Below are positions 54,418 to 64,000 of a DNA stretch of 64,000 nucleotides, piece after piece (within the stretch, counting starts at the first letter, position 1; each line of letters starts with the position of its first letter). The notes under the pieces were generated by a model. That model worked only from the letters and a program-made list of their open reading frames with translations. It was not told the DNA's origin and did no database searches. The translations under genes were made by a program, and so were the position numbers. Source of the DNA: Chiloscyllium plagiosum (taxonomy: Eukaryota). The stretch lies in NCBI RefSeq assembly GCF_004010195.1, contig NC_057735.1, positions 13,074,391-13,138,390 of the forward strand, written 5' to 3'.

Positions 54418-55479
54418 TGTTAAAGTGTTGCAAAGATTTAATAGCTTTGATCTCTTACTTTCTGAGCACTAGAGATGATGGAGATACGCTGCAACTTGTG
54501 TTCATACCAGACAAAGGTAGTAAAAGGTAAAGTTTCCATAGTCTCATCAGACCATACAGCCCCTCTCTTATTAGAGAGTGAGAAAGACAATTAGAGGTGG
54601 TTTCATCTGAGGGTCACCATACCTCAGGTGAAATGAAAGGTTGAGAAGGAGAATTGCTCATGGTAACCTCAGCTGGTGTGGGAATTGAACCCACACTGTT
54701 GGCATCACACTGCATTGGAAACCAACTGTCCAGTCGATTGAGTTAACTGATACCCTCACAATGATAATATCAGTGAGACTGATCCGAAATACCCCTTCCC
54801 AGATATTGAACAGCATCCCACAGTATATGTGATCGGCCAAGTTAAATTTCCATGTAATTATGTGTTTAGATTAATAATAACTTTTCCACAGCACATGTTC
54901 AATAGTTGATACAGAGTTTGGACAGGGTTCAATCCTTAAGTTTCCTTTCATTTTTGAGATGATCAGTAAAAGCCTTTCAACTTTGATTCCTAAATCCTGA
55001 AAAGGGGTCATGAAACAATGCAGCACTCAAATTCCTTACAGAAACAGCAAAAACTACAGCTCGTGAAAATCTGATTATAAAATCAGAAAACACTGATAAT
55101 GCTCAGTAGGTCAGACAGCATCTTGGGTAAAAGGAGAGTAAGGTTAACTTATCAAGCTTTTAACTGTTTATCCAAAGGGTCATTTGACAGATAAGGTAAT
55201 GACATTGGTAAAGTTCTTGTGGATCACACAATCCACTCTTTCAATTTTAATTTGCTCATCTAGAATAAACTTACATTTACCCTAATGATGGATCAAATTA
55301 GCTATTCAATAATTCAAGTCGTTTTGCCTCCATCACTCTTGATCACTCCAGATGTGAAGAAAAATTTACAGATAACATCCTAAATTTAAATAGTGTAAGT
55401 TGGAGCCTACGTCAATTCTCCTATTTCTCCAATTTAATATAAGGAATTGCAGATAAAGTTTCTCCACATTGTTTACAAA

Positions 55480-56700
55480 AGCTTTCAGCACAAGAGTGGG
55501 CCACTTAGTCTGTGGTGCTTCTTCTGCCATTCACTGGAATCTTGTATGATCTGGTTATAGCCTGATTTCCTGATCAAGGATCTATCTATCTCAACCTTGA
55601 ATATATACAAGGACTCTGCCCCCATAGCTCCTGACGGCAAGGACTTCCAAAGACTCATAACCCTTTGAGAGTAGAAAGTCTCCTCACCTCAGTCTTAAAT
55701 TGGCATCTCTTTATTCTACACTCTTTCTTTTGCTTCTAAGCATGATGGGGAAATATCCTCTCAGCTAAATTGGGGTAAATGGAAATGCCCCCATTAATTG
55801 GCAGGCAATAAACCGACCACTTTGTCATCTGCAGAGAAGACAGGTGAACATGCCAGTGGCAAACTGAGATCCTTAAGTAGTGGTTAGTTGACTACTTATG
55901 GACTTTAATTACTGCTGCGCCAAGGTGTTCCCAATAGACATTTTCCCTGGCACTTGATGTCTGACATAGCAAGAAGGAAAAATAATTCTGTGTGTTGGCC
56001 CTGGAGAGATACACACCTCCATCCTACCACCTTCAGGGAGGTGAAAATTGTACCTTTGGTTTTAAGTAGGATACCAATCATTTTTAAATTGTATCCTGAT
56101 ATTCTAGACTCCCCCACCAGCTGAAACATCTTTTCACATCGGTCAAATCCCATCAAGATCTTTTACATTTCAATTGATTACCTCTTATTCTTCTAAACTT
56201 CAATAGGCATAAGCCCAACCTGCACAGCTTTTCATGCTAAGAAAATCCCTTCATACCAAGAATCAGTTGAATGAACCTTTCCTAATTGTTTCTAATGCAA
56301 CTATACACTTTCTTAAGAAAGGAGACCACAACTATACAACGTATTCCAGATGCACTCTAAATCAATGAACAACTGTAGCAAAACTTAACTCCTTTTATAT
56401 TTGATTTCCCTTGAAGTATATGCTAAGGTGCTATTTGCATTCCCAACCAGCATACTAACATTTTATGGTTCATGTACCAGTACACCCAATCCCTCTGGAT
56501 TACAGAGTTCTGCAATTCCTCAGCACTCTATTTTTCCCTATTCTTTCGACTAAAGTGGATGAGTTTACATCTTCTCATCATACTCCATCTGCCAAATGTT
56601 TGCTCGAACACTTAAGTTACCTAAATCCTTGTACACCCTCAGGACAACTTACTTTCTTACTTATATTTGTATCATTAACAAACATTTGGTCCCTTTAAGC
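55480..56700 (-). mobile_element. Degenerate CR1 fragments
   Basis: ctagactcccccacc, ggagaccacaact, actccatctgcca CR1 motifs. Confidence 0.6.
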
Positions 56701-56825
56701 TTTAATTGTCCAGGGCCTAAATGGAGGGAGGGACTGGGAGTAATATTCGGTGGTGACTGACTCTCCATCCCCACCAAAGTGAAAGCTCGCCAGGTGAAAG
56801 ACCAATCCATCTTAGTCATTGATAT

Positions 56826-57465
56826 TGTTACGGACTGGGCCAGGCCACTCAAAACATTCTTAAGCAGGCAGCCCTGGACCTAACTTTGCAATTTGTTTTG
56901 GTAAGTGTACAGTGAAACTTGCCTGGAGTAAGGTTGATTACTAGATTTTAAAACAGACAAAAAATGTATTCACAAAACTACACATTGAAACATAAAGAAT
57001 AGAATAAAGAACCCCTACAGAACTCAAACTATCCAGCTAACCTTAATTATGCTGTTCCAATACATGCAACAGTCCCAATAAGCAAACTCACTTTAGAAAC
57101 CAGTATAAATGGAACACATGCTTATTGGTTGAAGTTGAAGGGCAGAAAAGAGAGAGAATTTCCACACAGCTCCCTGTTGAACTTTCCAGTTCAAGGCTGA
57201 ACTAAAATTACAAAGCTCAGCTAGCTATAAGAGCTGACCACTCCCCTCTCTTTATGCAGGTCACTTCTAAAACATGACCACTTTGGCCTGAAGTCTTATC
57301 TGTTTACATATAAACAAAAGGCCTCTCAAAACCTTTTTCATCTCTGTACCAAACAAGACTGTTTGGAGTCCGGCCTGGTTTATTGCCCCTCTGAAAAAAA
57401 AATCAAGGACAGAGTCTCCTTGAACTAAGGAACAGGTTTTAAAAAAAAGGACTAGCTTTGTGACA
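56826..57465. mobile_element. Solo LTR
   Basis: TGTTAC...GTGACA termini and a perfect 4-bp TSD ATAT (56822-56825; 57466-57469). Confidence 0.8.
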
Positions 57466-57903
57466 ATATCGATTGTAAGAGTTGATGACGTGGCACTGAT
57501 TCTTGTGTTACTCTATAAGTGACAACTCTCTAGCCCATGGAAATGACCCATTTATCCCTACTCACTGTTTTATGTTAGCTACTCCATCTATGCAAAAACA
57601 TTACCCCGATATCGTGGACACATATTTTGATGTGCGACCTCATCAATTGCTTTCTGGAAATCTAAATACACGATCTCTACAGGTTCTCCTTTTTACCCAG
57701 CTTGAAACTTTCTTAAAAAGCTCTAATAAATTTGCTAAATGTGATTTCCCTTTCACAAAACTTTGATATTGAAATTGTCTCAAATACATTCCATTAACTC
57801 ATTACCAGAACTGACATATTCCATAATATTCATTCAATTGTTAAAACTCTCACTGATTTTCCATTAGTACATTTTTATTATTTTATCATTTTTGGGTTGG
57901 GGC

Positions 57904-58710
57904 TGTAAACTGGGAGTTGTGAGCTGAAGATGACTTATGGACTTTATGAAACAGCTTGTTATAAAATGAAAGGCTAGGCCCAGAGGTTAATTACAGGCCA
58001 ATTCTTGATTAAAAGTGTTCCTATAGACACAGTGACCCAGGAAGAGCATTGTGCTGAAACAGATATTACAAGTTCAATACCTGGGAATTGGTTCTGGCAG
58101 GTCTGCGATGTTCAAGCAGACGGCAGATATTGAATGGCAATTAAGGAGTCAGGAAAAGACGGTCAGTCTCTCAGGGTGGAACCAGAGTTGCATTTGTTTC
58201 TTTTCTGGAAGACGAATTTGGCTACTGGTCAAACAGAATAAAGATTTGAAAGCTTCCTGCCTAATCTCCCACCACAGCTTCTGGAAGGTCAAAAAGTGGA
58301 AACCTGAGTTAGAGGATTCACTACCTTTACCTGAGTGAACTGAGAAAGTTACCAGGATTAATATTTCTAGAAGAGCGCCAAGGAGCCCTCATCCATGCCC
58401 GTGAAACAACGCATCATGAAAACCATTTAAGGAATCAGCTTTATGTTTGTTTGTCTGTCTGTCTTATGTGTGAATAGGGGCTTTAAATGAAAGCTTTAAG
58501 TTTAAACTATAGACATTAATTAGATTACCTTGTTGTTTCATTTTTCTCTGCTAAAGTTATAACCTATTTAATAAATTGTTGAGTCTTTTGTTTAAGACAC
58601 AAAATCATGCCTGGAATTAATTATTCACATCATCTGGGAATGGTTATTCTAAAGTTTGGTTAGGAACCATTGGAGTAACTGTTGTGGTCTTTGAAGGTTT
58701 TAATTTTACA
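57904..58710 (+). mobile_element. Possible solo-LTR-like element
   Basis: TGTAAA...TTTACA termini, AATAAA at ~58570; no clear TSD. Confidence 0.35.
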
Positions 58711-58765
58711 ATGTTGCTAATACAGAGGTAGAAAGGTTGTTTAGCTGTCTATCTCTATGCCATAG

Positions 58766-58819
58766 TCTAGACTAGAGTGGTGCTGGAAAAGCACAGCAGG
58801 CCAAACAGCATCCGAGGAG
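58766..58819. mobile_element. 54-bp Penelope-like terminal fragment with 14-bp TSD
   Basis: tctctatgccatag at 58752-58765 and 58820-58833 flanking gtggtgctggaaaagcacagcagg. Confidence 0.7.
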
Positions 58820-59782
58820 TCTCTATGCCATAGCACATTCTATGTGCAGATTAAAATCACCAGAGTTTATTGCAGTTCCCCTCTTACAACACCCATCATT
58901 TTTCCTGCATCCTCAGTCCAGTTGTGCAGCTGTTGTCAAGGGATCTCTAGATAAGTTCCACAACTGACTTCTTACCTTTACTATTTCTTAACACAACACA
59001 AATTCATTTCACATATTGATCTTCTAAATTAATTTCATTGCTCACTGTGATATTAGCACCATTCTTAATTAACAGAGGTACCCCACCACCTTATCCTAGA
59101 TCCCTATCTTCAGAAATGTCAAACACCTTTAAATATGTAGGTTGCAGCTTTGGTCGCTTCACAATCACATCTTGGAATTGACTATCACGTCATACATATT
59201 TATTTCTATTTATGCTATTTATTCCTCCATATTCTTTTGAATGTTGTTACATTATTGGAACTGAAGTGGGATGAGTGCACATTCTTTCTTTAGTACCACT
59301 ACTCTGTGGGTCTCCAAATAAAGTTAATCGTCTTACCTGGCTCCTGATTGTATACTTACTTTATCTTAGACTTAAAATAAAAAGATCCACAAACCAGGTT
59401 TCTTATTACTGATTTATTACAAACAAATCTTGTTCAATTATTATGCAAAATTGTTTAACACACTTAATTTATAAAATGGAAACATAAATGCTTATTCCTC
59501 TAAATAATTCAACACATGCACCTATACAAACAGAATCTGAAGTTGCCTTGCATTCTAGATTTTGAGAGCATATAGATATTTGATGATAGACTAACTGTTC
59601 CATTCTTACCTGGTTAGTCTTTAATCTTGTATTGCTCAACTTATCATTTTGTTCAAGGTTAAAGACTATTTAAACAGCTTAATGCTATTTGTTTTATATA
59701 AAAAAGTAAAACAATTTAGTTATCAGTTTGTGATACTGTTTCATTAATGAAGGTGAGAAGCAAATCATTTATTGATCACAGG

Positions 59783-59789
59783 TATAAAA
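59783..59789 (+). promoter_or_regulatory. TATA box of pgc
   Basis: TATAAAA ~100 nt upstream of the ATG. Confidence 0.68.
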
Positions 59790-59885
59790 CCATCCAGACT
59801 CTATCAGTCTCTAGCACAACTGAAGAAATTGTGCAAATCATTTCTGCTCGTCTATAGCTCTCTGCAACCCATGACAAGGACCAGC

Positions 59886-62334
<2,449 letters not shown>

Positions 62335-64000
62335 GTAAGTATTAAACAAAATGCTGCCAAGACATACTGAACACTTAATTTCAATGTATCAATCAGATAT
62401 AATTTGTGCAATAATATTGTCTCAGTATTGAGGCTTCAATGCGCATGAGCGTTATAGGAGCAACTCAACCTGGACAAAGTTCAGGCACACAGCAGTTTAT
62501 GCAAACCACAGCGGTATCATGCAGGGAGAGGTACTCAAGACACTCCACATAGGGCTGTGTTGATGCACTCTACCCTGGTATAAGCAGATTCATATTTGGT
62601 GCATTTTCCTTGTCCCTCCCAGAAACTGCAGAGTACATCCCCTCTCCATGTGTATTATTGGTTATATAGCTCTGGGTTATCCGACTGTGATTGGATCCTT
62701 GGTGCATTCTATATCAGCAATTTGCTTGCTGCCCTGTGTTTAAATGTCAATTAATTAGATCAGGACCTTTTAAATTTCTCATCACAGGGAATACAGAAGA
62801 ATATTGATTTTTGATCAGTTCCAACAAAGCCATGTGGTGATACCTAATGTCAGAATTCTTTAGCTAACAAGTTGGCACCTCAATGTGTTCAATCAATTCA
62901 CATTCCAAGGTCTGATAAGCTCTGTACCCCTGAATTGTTAAGTGGGGGGAGGGGGGGCTTGGCTGTGGTGGGGGGCACTTCTACTACCTGAAACTGGTTT
63001 GAATCTTTTCCTCCAATGCTTTTGGTGATTTTTGTACATAAGTGGATCTATAACTACTTTGGAATATACATTTATGATTATTTGAAAGATTTTAACTAAA
63101 ACCTACTCTTAATATAGTAACAGATTGACTAAATAATTAAAGAAAAGTAACTAGCTAGTGTGAAATATTCTCATGTACGTATGTGACTACAGTCGTACAT
63201 TCCATCCCAGGCAGTGACCTTGCTTAAACATTTCTGCTATTGTTCGACTTGCTGAGACTACCTGAAGCAAGTGTTTTCCCACAGGCTCTAACTACTGTCG
63301 GCCATGTTCTGCTGAGCTTCTCAGGGCAGTTGTCGACCATTTTGTGCCGCTCGGTCATGGGCATCCCTAACGAGCATCATCTCATATCGATTCAATGCAG
63401 CAACATTGTCTTCATGGTCAAAAAGTAAAAAAAAAGTGCAAATATATAGCATCTACCAAGTCTTCCAAATATTTCACAGCATCATACAGTTAATGCAGTA
63501 CTTTGAAATAATGTAATGAAGAAAACGCAACAGTCAATTTCTGAATAGAAAGCTCCCAAAACAGAAGTGTGATATAATCAAAAGATATTTTTATTTGTCA
63601 TGCCACTGAAATATTGGTCAGAACATCCCCTGCTCACCTTCAAAATATTTGAAGGGATTTGTTACACCAATCTGAGAGGGCAGAGTAGTCCTTGTCTCAT
63701 TCATAGTATGACACCTCCAATACTGAAGCATTCTTTGGTGCTGCACTGATGTGCCAGTATAATGTTCTGAGCTTTAACTTTGGAGTGCAGCTTACAGTCA
63801 CTAACTTCTGATTGAGAAATAAGATGGGTACCAAATGTGCTGTGATGGATGCATCTAAAACAAAAAAAAATGCATTCATTATAAACCTACAGCAAAATCA
63901 GGAAATGATTTCAAGTCTGTGAGTTCACTGGGGTTCAGGTAAGTGTTGCAACTTTGGTAACACAGCTCACTATCTGCCAATGGAGCTTCACTGCTCATCA

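Overview
Vertebrate genomic DNA, very probably a shark (inferred from the dense CR1 LINEs, HE1-like SINEs and Penelope-like repeats), holding a pepsinogen (A1 aspartic protease) gene cluster. It has four members. (1) An intact 9-exon pepsinogen A/prochymosin-type gene on + (42798-54162, 392 aa, both DTG motifs). (2) Exons 1-4 of a progastricsin (pepsinogen C-group) gene on + (59886-62334, continuing past the window). (3, 4) Two related minus-strand pseudogenes: 2290-7782 (frameshift, in-frame deletion, TE-disrupted exon 7) and 23168-26687 (nonsense codon, exons 5-7 missing); exons 1-2 were not found for either. The rest is mostly transposon-derived: CR1 LINEs (one near full length), SINEs, solo-LTR-like elements, a Tx1-like fragment, and Penelope-like fragments carrying minimal hammerhead-ribozyme motifs. 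Two assembly gaps lie at 28593-29092 and 37130-37774. Exons were placed by manual translation and GT-AG boundaries. Repeat boundaries are approximate and family names are by recognition, not database search.
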